DNA of 64,000 nucleotides from Lingula anatina (lineage: Eukaryota > Animalia > Brachiopoda): NCBI GenBank assembly GCA_051362555.1, contig CM120643.1, forward strand, positions 19,286,848 through 19,350,847. Direction: 5' to 3'. Both the position numbers and the translations under genes were made by a program. This document shows positions 12,601-24,353 of the stretch, piece by piece (within the stretch, counting starts at the first letter, position 1; each line of letters opens with the position of its first letter). The notes under the pieces were generated by a model, which was not told the origin of the DNA, made no database searches, and worked only from the letters and a program-made list of their open reading frames with translations.

Positions 12601-15600
12601 TAGATGAAAAACATCGTTTCAAATAGACAACTTTTCATCCGACTTTTTCAAAATGGCGGGTCCCTAAATTGGTTAGAGACAGTTGGGTGACAGTTTGGGA
12701 CAATTTTTGCTAATTTTAACGTGGTGTAAGCACATAATTTATGTTTTTCTGGTTAGTTAAGCACGTGCACCATTACAATATAACATTGTGATATTAAATG
12801 AATCAATCCTTTAGATGAAAAACATCATTTCAAATAAACAACTTTTCATGGGACTTTTTCAAAATGGTGGGTCCAAAATTTGATGACAGGGAACTCTCGG
12901 AATTTTTTTCAATTTTTCATTGCAATATGATGTTTGCAGAGTTTCGTTTAGGATATAGAGTTATATTTTGTAATGAATTCCGCACTTACTCATTTCAGGT
13001 TGAAGAGAATGCAGGTGAAAGATCTTTAGTTTTGCTGGCAGATGTACATGTAGCCATAATTGAACAGTCAAAATGATTGTTTCCAGCAGCAACTTGATGA
13101 GGCACAAGGCTCTGTTTTCTTACCACCACTAATATTAAACTATAGTGCACAAGAGGTGCAAGTTTTAAAAGGGAATTTAGTGGTCCAAGTTTTAAAAGGG
13201 AATTTAGTGTTCACTGGCTAATTGTCTAAAGTATAAAATAAAATAATCACCACATCAAAATAAAAACTAACCATTTTTGTATTGCTTTAATCACTGTTGG
13301 GTGTAACAATATTGATATATTTTCATTGCTGGTACTTTGTTTTAGATAATATACAAGTTGCTCGAATGTTGAAATAAAGCAATATTAATCAATAAAAATA
13401 TTTCTTTGTTTTTTTCTTCTAATGAATTTAAACTATCAGTCTACTATTAGTTGGCCTCATGTAATAGACAAAGATATAAACAAAAATATGTATTGATGAA
13501 ATTTCATTTAGAATCATACTAAGTGCAATAACTTATTTACATTTCCCCAATTTTCCTGTTTAAGCTCTACCTGGTATATAAGCAATAATGTGCCAAAAAA
13601 GAAAGAAAAACGAGGCTGGCATACGGAAATTGCAAGTACTACTGTTTTGTGTACACGGCTGTGAATTGAATGTGTCATTCCTAGATGAAGGTAAATTTCC
13701 TTTACACGCCTTTACACGACAAAAATAATTTAAAATAAATATGAGACTTCTACACGTGCAAATTTTAGCGTTGAAGGTGGGTTTGTGAAATTGTTCTCAT
13801 ACATTCTTGATGTGAAACTAAATTTTGTATAACTGATCGGCTCTAGATCAAATGAAGGTGTATCTTGCATAATTTGAGTTTTTTTTCCCGAAATGGTTGC
13901 GTCCAGGCTTGAAATCTCTCTCTACACCTTTCTGTAATCCCACCATGTTTTCTCTGTGAGATTATTAGAGACTTCGCGAGGCTTTATCCCAATTGGCTGA
14001 AGCAACCCACGTGAATGGTCTTTTGAATATGTATTAGGCACAAGCTCTCCCTAAGACCACAAGCTGGGTAATTATTAGGATTAAGCCCGTTACGAGGATA
14101 GGATGAAAGGAAACCCCTTGTTTCTACTCCTTCTCATTATAACTTCTTGTGCAGATGTATTGGAGGATATTTTTCGTGTTTTTCACAGATGCATTTCTCT
14201 CAATCAATTCTCAAAACGTGTAAATCTCCCTAGATTACGAGTCTTCAATGCGACCAGCAACAAGTTGACCAGTCTCCCTGACCTGAGCCCAGTCCAGGAC
14301 CTGAACAAGATCCAGGAACTGTATCTGAGTGGAAACTTCCTGCAGGACGAGTCGTTCACCACCCTGTGTGGATACCAGAGACTGAAGTGTCTGCACATAG
14401 CGCATAACGATATCTACGAGATCTTTGAACGGTAAAATGGTTTAAGGAACAATATCTACTTGGCATTTAATTTTTTAAGAATGTGGTTCTTTAAAGAAAA
14501 GGCATATCCATAAAGCACATCATTACAATTTTGAAAAAAAATTTAAACGTAAAAGAAAAATACATTAACAAACATAATATTTGCAGACATTTGAATGTTA
14601 ATGTTTTGGACGGAACATTTTCGTAAGATAAGTTTGATTCGTATGACAAGTTATGAAACATTTGCAAGTTGAAATATTTCAGCTTCGTCAAATACATATA
14701 CCAGATAAAATCCGTTGGAAAGAGTCTTTATTTGTCCGAGCAGAAGGTAATGTCGACCTTATGATCTGGTTCCAGAGATGTGAGTCGCCTGCAAGCTTTG
14801 CAAGAGTTGAACATCTCCGAGAATAAGCTCAAGTTTCTACCGGACGCCATCACACGTCTTCCCGACCTGCGCGTCCTGAGAGCTCACTCCAACATGCTGC
14901 GTTACCTGCCAGACTTTGGACGCTCTTCAAACCTCAAGGTGAGCCACCTGGGCGACTGTATGCGACATGGTGTTTGAAGTTAACAAGAAAAGTAAATTTT
15001 CCAAAGCTAATCAGAATTTTTTTAATGTGATGGAAGTAAGATATGCTTTCTGGACTTTAACAGTGTGGTTTCAGAAATAAGAAATCCTACAGAAATTGTT
15101 CCTACTCAATTACACAATAAATATTAAATAAAATTTGAAGACAAGACCCTGACAAAACGAAGAATACCAAATCGTGCAGTATAGGCTTATATAGTTTATA
15201 TGGTATTTCAAGTGCAGGGTGACACGTAAAAAATAGTTCATATTTTGTATGGTATGTCACAGGTGCTGGACGTGGGCTTGAACCGCCTTCTGGACACCTC
15301 TGTCACTGATCTCATGTCCTCCCAGATTGACCTGCTGGACATGTCCTGTAACACTCAGATGAGGGTGGACATGAAGGAACTACAGTCTGTCAGGTACACG
15401 TCGTCATGGTTTCACATTGTCATAATAATAATTATTAATCACTGGTACATCAGCAGTAAAAGATATGATATTCAAACGAGGAGAACCGTTCCTGTCACGA
15501 GGGAATAGAGTCGCGCTTGAGACATTTGTGTTTTTCACCATGATTATTGCACAAACCATGTCACAAGGTATCACTTTTTATACCAAATAAAACATTTTGC

Positions 15601-18600
15601 TTTTTACATATTGGAATGTAAATGTAGTATATATAATCGACTTTTTGGATTGATTTGGTAATGTAAAGTGACCTCAGTTTCATACGCGTTTGTTTGTTTG
15701 TTTGTTTGTTTGTTTAAGCATCTCATTTAATATTGGGATAGAATTTCTTCCAAGATGTCTTAATAGAACATTTTCGTAAATTCTTCTCCAGGCGATACAA
15801 AGACATCAACATGATAGACATGACAGGCCAGAACCGAACTTTACCCGGTTTGGACAATAGAGGGCGCACTAGTGGTGGAGACGATCCATGTCCTTGGAAT
15901 CTTGGATTCTCAGAAACATCTGGGATACGAAATAAGTAAGATTATTACATATCACGTCTTCTTAAATCGAAACCGTTGTTTGTTGGTGTTTGTTGGCATA
16001 ATACGCAGTAAAGCTTAAACCATGAACTTTTTATATTTAGAATTTTAATTTATTTTATTTAAACGTAAAAGAAATTGTAAAAAAGCAACATATTGAAATA
16101 CCGCAGGTAATTGTGCCTTTCTGTTCCTGTGGAAAAGTAGTTTAAATATATGCATGCAAAATTTTAGGCTGTGTGTGGCGTCAATTAAGATGGCAAAGTA
16201 TGACGAAGGACAGGCGTTGCTCGGGGTGTTTGATGGCGGACTGAATAACGAAGTGCCGAAAATCTTGGCAGATCGGATCCCAGATCTAATTAGAAGAGAA
16301 CGATACGAGAAAGAAAACAGGGATGAGTACATGAAATACACCTTCCTAACCGCCCACAGGTAAAGACTGAACTACCAAGATGGGTGCAAATTCCGTAATG
16401 AATGTGTGCAAGATGCGCACGAATTTTTTAAGATCGTTCTCATTTAATACATACGAGATTTTTGGTAATTTAGCTAATGTAACAGATTCCGCTGAGAATG
16501 AAATTTGAAGCCTTATTAGCTAAATCTTGTTTAAAAAGAATTTACTGTATGTAATAATAGATTTATTATGCATCAAGTACATTGAGAAGCAACAAGTTCA
16601 ACCCCTTTTAAATTCAACGTAATAGACAACTATTCGTTCAGTATCTTTTCCCCCATTTATATAGGCCTATTACTTTTCAGAGAGTTAAGACACAAAGGCC
16701 AGAGACTGGGCGCTTCCGGTGCTGTTTGTCACATAAGAAGACTGTTTGAGAACAGGGACCGCTACAAACTGGAGGTGGCAAACGCTGGTGACGTCAGCAT
16801 AGTGATGTCACGTGGCGGAGAGGCGGTGTGTCTGACTAAGTTGCACACCATTGAGGATAGCCCAGATGAGTGCCAGAGAATTTGTAAATCCGATGGAATC
16901 ATCACCGAGGTAGTAACTAACATTTTTCCTCCTCTTCTATATCTATTTTGATATGTTCAGTACATTAAACACGCATTTCAAACAAATATCAAATGCACTT
17001 TACCGGAGTTTCATTATACAGTACACAACTCTCTTCAGCCACACTTTATCAGTGTTTTCTCCAGCCATGTTTGTTTCTTTGATATCCAGATTACAACAAG
17101 ATCTGAATATTTCTATTCTATTCTATTCTATTCTCAGACTTTCCAATAAATAACATATTTGGAAAATGCCCCGTTTCAGGACAACAAAGTCAACGGCGTC
17201 TGCAACTGTACGAAACAGCTGGGCTGCAGTTACCTATTCCCCCACATAATCCCCGACCCCCACACCGAGAGGATTACCCTAAAGCCAGAAGACCAGTGCC
17301 TCATCATCGCCAATAGAGGGCTCTGGCAGTACGTGTCTTACCAAGAGGCGGTATGGGAGGTGGAGAGCCTTTCCAATCCTGTCATGGCGGCAAAACGGCT
17401 GCAGGATCTTGCCCAGAGTTATGGGTCGAGAGAAAACATTTGTATACTTGGTGAGAAAGTCATTTCTACATTTATGACAATAATGAAATTAAAACAAATG
17501 TTTAAAAATCTAAACACTTCACTGAATTTTGAAACGTTTAAAACTTAAAAGTAAAACTGTGAATAACCGTGAATAACCCTTGCATAACACTTGTCTATAA
17601 AATTTAATTTATATCGACAGCCCTATACTTGACGTAAATTGTAGCTCTTTTCGCCTTGTAGTAATTTTAACTTACAAATATTTCTGTGTGATTTATTTAT
17701 TCAGTTTTTATTAATACTGTTGGGCATAACGCACAGTTTAAGTCAACCAATGAATAAGTCAGTCTTTCGAAAGAATTAGTAAAAAATATCATATATCATT
17801 ATTAATTTATTTAATATATTCTAGTGTTGAAGCTGTTCATACCAGAGCTGGAATTGCAGAGAGACATCCTCAGCCCACTCCGCCTGGAGCTTCAGAACCT
17901 CCGGGAGGGTATTGACGTCGATAACGAAAGTGATCGCCAGTCTGACGTCAGCAGTCAGGACAGCGCAAGGTGCACTGGTCCCGAGACGGAACCGGAAGAC
18001 GTCGAAATAGTCGACAACAGGCGGCGGCGAGTGCGAAGTCCAAGACGGAACCGACCAGCAGCATCCGATGTTCAGGTGCGCCCTCTACCGGGGCACCGAT
18101 ACCGCAGGCGGGATGACGCAGAAGAGTGGGCCAGCATAATCCAACAGCGTCTCTCCGAGGAGGTCAAGGATAAGGAGCTTAAATATTCGGTGGCGGATAT
18201 CGCAATCGCCATCGAGGAAGTGGAAACGCAACTGCCGAGAAAGGAGACGAAGAAACCCTCTCTTCGTGACGTAGAGAACTGGCTGACGTCAAGAGAACCT
18301 GTACCATGGGAGAGATCAGATTCCCAACAACTTGTCATGCCTTCGGAAGTCGTGAGGCGAGAGCAGAAAAAAAAAGCTGAGAGTATCACCGATACGGAGT
18401 CCACACTGCTGAGACCATCTCAGATTAAGAAATCGACCAGGTTGAAAGATAGCAGGCGGCAGTACAACACGCTGCCTGTGTCCCGAAGCAAAGGAATGGT
18501 CAATGATGACAATGCCCTCAGCGACCACTCCAGTAAGCTGTCGGGGATGATCAAGGCCACGCCCCGGAAGCACAAGGCCAAGACTATCCACGGTTTACGG

Positions 18601-19551
18601 GGCGGGAAGTACAAGACGGAGGCTGCGTCTTACCTCACCACCTGCATTAAACGTCGACAGGGTCAGGAAATCGCCAGCATCTTAAGCGAGCTTGTGAAGA
18701 CAGACCATCCTGATAAACAGACGCAAGGTGTAAGTACAGAAGAAACCAGAGACAGTGGCAAAACGCAGAACAAACTTCATGATAACGTCCAAACAATTTT
18801 TCATTCAGAGACTGATTCTCAACTCCCCGAAAGTTCAGATGCAAAACTTAAAGGAGCTCAATCCGACACGTGGAACGAGACACTTGGAAGTGGTTATGAC
18901 AACGAGGTGTACAGCACAGATGCGTCTACCTCGGACAGGGACCGAAGAGTAAGCGATTCAAGGTTCGTGTACGAGGAGATTCACTTGGATCGGACCCATG
19001 ATATGAACGCAAGGTCAGACTCCGAGTCGTCCTTCGCACCGCCCTCTCAGTCGCCGGTAGACACGTCATCAGTCGTGGACCACCCTGCGACTCAGGTGGT
19101 GGTAGTCGAGGTCCATAATGATGACCCAGAGTCACTAGAAGTTCCCAGAGTGAGGCTGAGACGGAGGAATATTCCCATGGGCAGTTTCGGTCGCGCGGCT
19201 GCAGCACGTGCACGCATGAGAACAAATGGTTCAAACGATCGACCAATCAGCGACGGCTCTGACGATGTTCAGTCAATGACAACTGCGGGAAGTTTTGAAG
19301 CCATCTACTCGAGCGTGGACCAGCATTCCCAGACCGACTCGTACTCCAGCGAGACAGTGACAATATCGAATTTAAGTGACTCGGCAAAGGAGACGGATAT
19401 TGATTCGTTGTACGCGAAAGTGCGCAAGGGGAGCAAGACGCCGGCCTTAGAGGGCTGGGAAGACCCCAGCGACAGGGTATCGGCCATTTACCTGGACGAC
19501 ACTCTAAGAGATTCCGAGAGCATAGAGAGTATCATTATCACTCATCTATAG
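3595..19551 (+). CDS. PHLPP: PH domain leucine-rich repeat protein phosphatase (PHLPP)-like, 17 coding exons
   Basis: GT-AG exons that stay in frame: 3595-4258, 5752-5886, 6079-6260, 6511-6686, 6980-7126, 8186-8640, 9063-9123, 9513-9608, 11516-11674, 14234-14431, 14776-14938, 15263-15393, 15792-15935, 16168-16359, 16681-16909, 17180-17450, 17825-19551. Domains in order: RA-like (LHVQLNGDIIQRLEPYENPL...RIQEEGHNPEIGFQIRFY), PH (VRKGKVLHQWARRLCIISGTRLYIY), many LRRs (LxxLxLxxNxL), PP2C-like (ALLGVFDGG, VANAGD, KVNGV, AAKRLQDLAQSYGS) and a C-terminal class I PDZ ligand (-THL). A splice acceptor (tctcacccag) lies just before the ATG, implying an upstream non-coding exon. Confidence 0.93.
7747..8095. 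mobile_element. Kolobok-type non-autonomous MITE (~350 bp) in a PHLPP intron
   Basis: TTAA flanks both ends (7743-7746, 8096-8099). The 17-bp imperfect TIRs are AGGGAttACAACTGTTC / GAACAGTTGTtgTCCCT. Purine-purine termini plus a TTAA TSD fit Kolobok rather than piggyBac. Confidence 0.7.
8968..9031. repeat. compound (GT)n(GA)n microsatellite
   Basis: Directly visible, just upstream of the exon at 9063. Confidence 0.95.
9694..11353 (-). mobile_element. Decayed Tc1/mariner DNA transposon (1.66 kb) in a PHLPP intron
   Basis: Perfect 28-bp TIRs CAGACTTGACATTTAATATGGAATATTT (9694-9721, 11326-11353), flanked by TA; the left flank is a (TA)n tract. The minus strand encodes a stop-interrupted Tc1-like transposase. 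Confidence 0.9.
10190..11005 (-). pseudogene. Tc1-family transposase pseudogene
   Basis: Manual translation gives the HTH region KIVKLCQNGAKSTDIARQIIVSNRMVYTVL*...RPRPMH*RLTTRVQD, then RKPL*TAKQR, then the catalytic region RVYRHPEEAYDETC...GSVSIWSG...TPMVVIDENLN...NFRLHDEIAGSHRA...LPWSSKSP*LNHIDNM. This matches the Tc1 consensus QDDNAPxH / WPSxSPDLNPIEN, with stops and frameshifts. Confidence 0.85.
11895..14149. mobile_element. Non-autonomous P-element-like DNA transposon (2255 bp)
   Basis: Perfect 30-bp TIRs CAAGAAGTTATAATGAGAAGGAGTAGAAAC (11895-11924, 14120-14149) and an exact 7-bp TSD TGCAGAT (11888-11894, 14150-14156). No transposase ORF. Superfamily inferred from TSD length and resemblance to the Drosophila P terminus CATGATGAAATAA. 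Confidence 0.8.
12305..12885. repeat. 211-bp tandem repeat, ~2.7 copies, inside the P-like element
   Basis: Units begin (c/g)ataatttatgtttttctggttag at 12311, 12522 and 12733, with high identity between copies. Confidence 0.95.
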
Positions 19552-20603
19552 CATCAACAGCAGAGATGCCCCTCAATCACTGGTTTCATCTACAGTAGAT
19601 TTATCATTTATATTATTCACAAAGAAACGGTATTGTAGAACATTAGTAAAATTCATTCTATGTGTAAAGTTTGCAGTAAAACTGTTAACCTATAAAGTCA
19701 GAGTAGGGATTTTCACAGTTAAATGGTTAATACGTGTTTATCCGTTAAACCGTACCAAAACCAGATGATATTTCGGTTGCCATTTCAGCTAAAGCTCAAT
19801 ACGTACAGCTGCGCCCTGGTGGAATGAATATTGTCTAGAAGTTGCTAATGTGCTTCTTAGTGTTAAAGGAAGCACTGAAATGTGTAGCCATTAGATTTTC
19901 ATATAAACCCTTTTTAATCTGCCCATATTAACAGCGTAAACCCAAAGTGAAGTTTCAGTGAAATGTAACATGTTATCAGCAAAATCATTGATAAGCAGTT
20001 TCTAATTTGTAACTAGTCGTGACCGTACGATGTTAACTGTATTCGTACTGCTGTCCACGCTCTATACAGAGATATTTGTTGTTACTCTTCCATGTAGATC
20101 AAGATCAAACCATGTTAAAACTTTACTATTCCACAACCAAAATAACCAAAATGTTGTGTTGTGTCATTACATATAATATTTCTATATAGAAGGTCATTTT
20201 TTCTAGCTTGTGTCATGGAGTTGATGGTGGCCTGATGACTTATAGCCTTAATTAACTTAAAGTGAGTCTCGGTAAGAACGCAGCCTTGGTTCACTGAAGG
20301 TGAAGTACGTACCAGCATGTACTCAGCATACCTGCTGTTAGCGTTCGAATGCTCAGTCTTCAACAGTGTGCTGAGAAGAGGACATAAGTTCGGACGCTGC
20401 AATCTGGATGTCGTAAATACAAGATGTATTAGCACAGTTAGTACCGAACTCCACGCGCCTACAGAGTATGACTTATAATAACTGCTAAGATGATGTACAG
20501 CGTTATTTGAAGCGTTGGTTCAAATAGTGTTCCTTCTTCTCACACAGAGTGCACAACTAACTAATAATGTGTAGTGTTCAAACGTTTTTGCCACCCACTG
20601 TAA

Positions 20604-20604
20604 A

Positions 20605-20654
<50 letters not shown>
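20604..20654. repeat. (ATT)n microsatellite
   Basis: Directly visible downstream of the PHLPP stop. Confidence 0.95.
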
Positions 20655-20656
<2 letters not shown>

Positions 20657-23600
20657 CAGATAATTCCCTTGCTTTAACGTGATAACCATTGCTACATTGC
20701 CCCTATTTTCTGAGAGACGCATTAAAACGATATAATATAAACTATAATAAATTATGAAAAAATCGTTTTATCGTTTTTCTTTCTCTCTTTGTGTGTGCGT
20801 TTGTTTGAGAAAGGTCCCCTGTATTTGAGAGCAGAGGACCCAGAGTTTTATGGGGTGGGGGGAGGGGAGGGGGAACTAGAATTAAAACAGCTTTTTCTTC
20901 GATCGGTGTAGTAGTAGCAAGGAGCACCAGTGCGTGTGTTTGTGTGTGTGCGCGCGCGAATGAGAGAGGATGGGAGTTGAGGAAGAGAGAAAGAAGGTGG
21001 AACGAGAAAAGCAGAAAATGAGAAATGTACGTGCATTGGTATTATGAAATTGCTGACAGATTTCGGTGAAATAAATGCCGCAGTAATATTAATTCCTAAA
21101 CGGCAAAAGTCACTCCAGATTTGGTAAACAAACACGAACGTTATTTGGTACAAGGTCACTCAAGCGGGAAACGCGGTCACCTTGGATGTGATCTTGCAAT
21201 AACATTGCCCCGTAATCAGGGTACGAAATGGTCCATTTCTGTCAGCCTCGGTCCAGTTGTGGGGCAAAATCGCAAAAAAGCGGGAATAATGCGTTTCCAA
21301 GAATATGTTGAGCGCTTGTGCACGATACCGTGTGATCAGACACGAAAATATATCTGGACTGGTGCAGATGTGAATGACGTCATCAGACATACAAACTGTA
21401 TTTCGGCGTGAACGACTATATATATATAAAACCTTACCCTAAGCAGGCGGACTAGGATAATATCCTGACGCTGCAGTAGTTGAATTAGTGCAGTGCTTAT
21501 TCTGCTTTCTGGTTTTGGTGATGACAAAAAAAAAAAAAAAAAAAAAAAAAACGTTACGCGTGCCGGGAGCATGTTAGTTATCAAGAAATAATCTGATAAT
21601 ACCGGTTGGGCACGAGTAGCATTATGTCACCCAAAAAGGGTAGCTCGGGTTCCTATCAGTCTATTTGTTCATGATAAAAACATCTTATCAATGCACGCTT
21701 GGCAGAGACGGTGATAAAACTATTTTATGAACTTACATAGTCTATTTAAGCAATCTGTTTGGATGAATTCTGCCTATAATATTCAATAAAATCGACAGCA
21801 TCAGGACAATAAAACATTTTCAGGAGTTAAAAATGACGAGCCTTAAAAAGTTGAATTGTGTGTGTGTGTGTTGGGGGGGGGGGTTCTGCTACAACATCAC
21901 TTTTACATATAGGAAGATCTGGGGGTTTTTTTTCTGGTGAACATGTTGTTGTGTGGTGAACGCATCAGCCTGCATCCCACACTGAAGTATTATTGTATCT
22001 ATACAAAGTCACCCATGACTCATCAGATATATTTGGCAAGAGTGATGCCCTTGGTGTCTTACAATGTACTTGTTCCAGAAAGAAAATGATATTATTTAGA
22101 GAAATTTCAAAAGATTGAATGCACTGGGAAATATTATCATCATCCCATAGAACCATTATCTCAGCCAGACAGGGCAGATCAGGTTTTTATCAGAACATAT
22201 GTTTGCGATAAAAACACAGTATCACTACACGACTGGGAGATACGACAATAAAGCAGAACAGATAAAGCTTATGAACTAAATAATCTGCAACTACCCGGCA
22301 AGTAGACTCCAATGTCAAGGCCAACCAAAAACTACAAGCTCAGGGTCCAGCTTTACAAACTGATTTTAAAGTCGAACCAGGTGAAACTTGTTGTATTCTA
22401 CTAAAATAAAATTGCCATTAGTCTTAAAAATTGACTATATGTCGAGGAGGGGGGGGGGGGGGGAGGGGGGAGGGAGTCGAAGTGCCCTTTGAGACGGAAA
22501 AGGGCCCACTCTGAATCAAAATTTGAATGAAGTCACCGCACGTGAAAGGAAAGGAAAGAGAAAAATCTGACAGATTGGGAGATTTTTAGTCTGAGTCGAG
22601 AGATAAGAAGATTTGTCCCCAAATCGGGGGACTCCGGTCGAGATCGGGATCGAGTGACAGGTCTGCTAAAAGTTGAGAGCCTCCCAAAGAAAAAAAAAAG
22701 ATAAATGGATTTATCCGTATTCATTCCGCAACATATTTGCTTTCCAAGTTTGCTAGTCATTGATACCCGATCAATCTCAACTTCTTGGTGCCCTAACCAG
22801 CCCTCAACAGCCAGTGTTAGCTCATCATCATCATCATCCTCATCATCGTCCTTAAGGGCCATCCACGTTCATCATCACTTTTATAAAGCTTCAACCCGTA
22901 CGTCGGCGGTTGGGGGTTAAAATCATCTGTAAGCTTTTGAAAACTAAATATTTCTGTCAGAGGTTTAGTACTCTCTGAAGGGAGAGGTTATGGAGAAAGT
23001 CTACACTTTGTAGTCCTGTGGAAATAATGATAAAACGGTTGGAAGTCGCTGGGGCCAGTGTCCATCGTGCCACCAGATTAAGCTGGAAAGTCAACGAACA
23101 TGTATCAAACACACCGTATAATCAAACAAATACAGCAGTAAAATTTATTCAGTTGAACTTTTCTAGGAAGACTGTTGTACACTGGAATAAGGGAAAGACC
23201 GCGACACAATGTAAACAGGTGATGTAGGTTAGGCCCCTGTTTCCCCTGCACATCTCTGAAAGCACACACGCACGTCACGCACCAAACACTCACACACATA
23301 AACACTTTTCGGGGGGGGGGGGGGTTAAAAGCAAAAAACAACAGGATATCATTCAAGATCGGAGTATATAGAGACTGGCCTACGAGTTTAAATGCAAAAA
23401 TTGGTATAAATTACACAGGTACCTTATAAATTCTTATCTAGCCTAGATAGAACGATATTATTTTGGCTTATGTTCAATTTCGAATTTACATCTATCTGCA
23501 GTGGCTCGCGTAGCTGAAGCCCTGCTTGTTGGATATCTCTTACTGATAGAAGTGATAACCGTATTTAATGCAATAAACACCCCAAGTTGAGCTATTGCGT

Positions 23601-24353
23601 GAGAATAATAGACGTACTGAGTCTCAAAACCTTTGGTTAAGGCATATTATACATTGATTATATGCTTCACCATTTCGGCGACTAAAGGTGTAAAGAGCCC
23701 TTTCACAAAAGCCCCAATTTTAAAACCGGTCCGCGTTTCATAACCATTCACATATAAACAACAAATCAGCGACATAATAGTACATTAAGACGGCCAATTG
23801 TTCTTCGATCATTATCGCGTCCATTAACCAAAATTATCGTCGGGGTAAATTTAAGTTCGTCTTCACACAAGATAGAGGTGTCATTAGACGTTTTCACACA
23901 CTTGTGTATACTTAAGCACACAGCGTGTGCCGCCACCTGAGGAATTCTGTGTCGTACCAAGTTATTGTTTATCTCCATCAGCTGACGGTTGTTTATGTGT
24001 AAAACGCGATCAACCAATCAAAAAGCTCAATCGAGGCACACCTCCAATCGGGCCTATTCACCCGTGTTTTTACCCGCCGATCAAGAAAAGTTCTCTTTAA
24101 GTCATGCGATTTATTCCTGCGTTCACATCACCCTGAGTTACTGTGCATTGCCATGGGGTAATTTATGGCACTTTAATAGTCACACTTGCCTTCAGTTGAG
24201 TGCAAAATGATAATTTGAACGTCTGCGCGGAGTGATCGGTTTGGCTAGAGGTCAATTCACGACTGGTAGGGTCACAACACACCTGAGCCAGACAGCAAAC
24301 TCAGACGCCGAGTCTCATTGTATTGTACCGGCGGATAGAGACAGGTGATCGTC

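Noticed and set aside
12305-12885. Repeat array as CRISPR
   Set aside because: These are contiguous 211-bp tandem units without unique spacers, in a eukaryotic intron with no cas genes.
18072-19487. Several antisense ORFs over the PHLPP last exon (likewise antisense ORFs over PEPCK and VPS9D1 exons)
   Set aside because: They are shadows of GC-richer coding sequence on the opposite strand.
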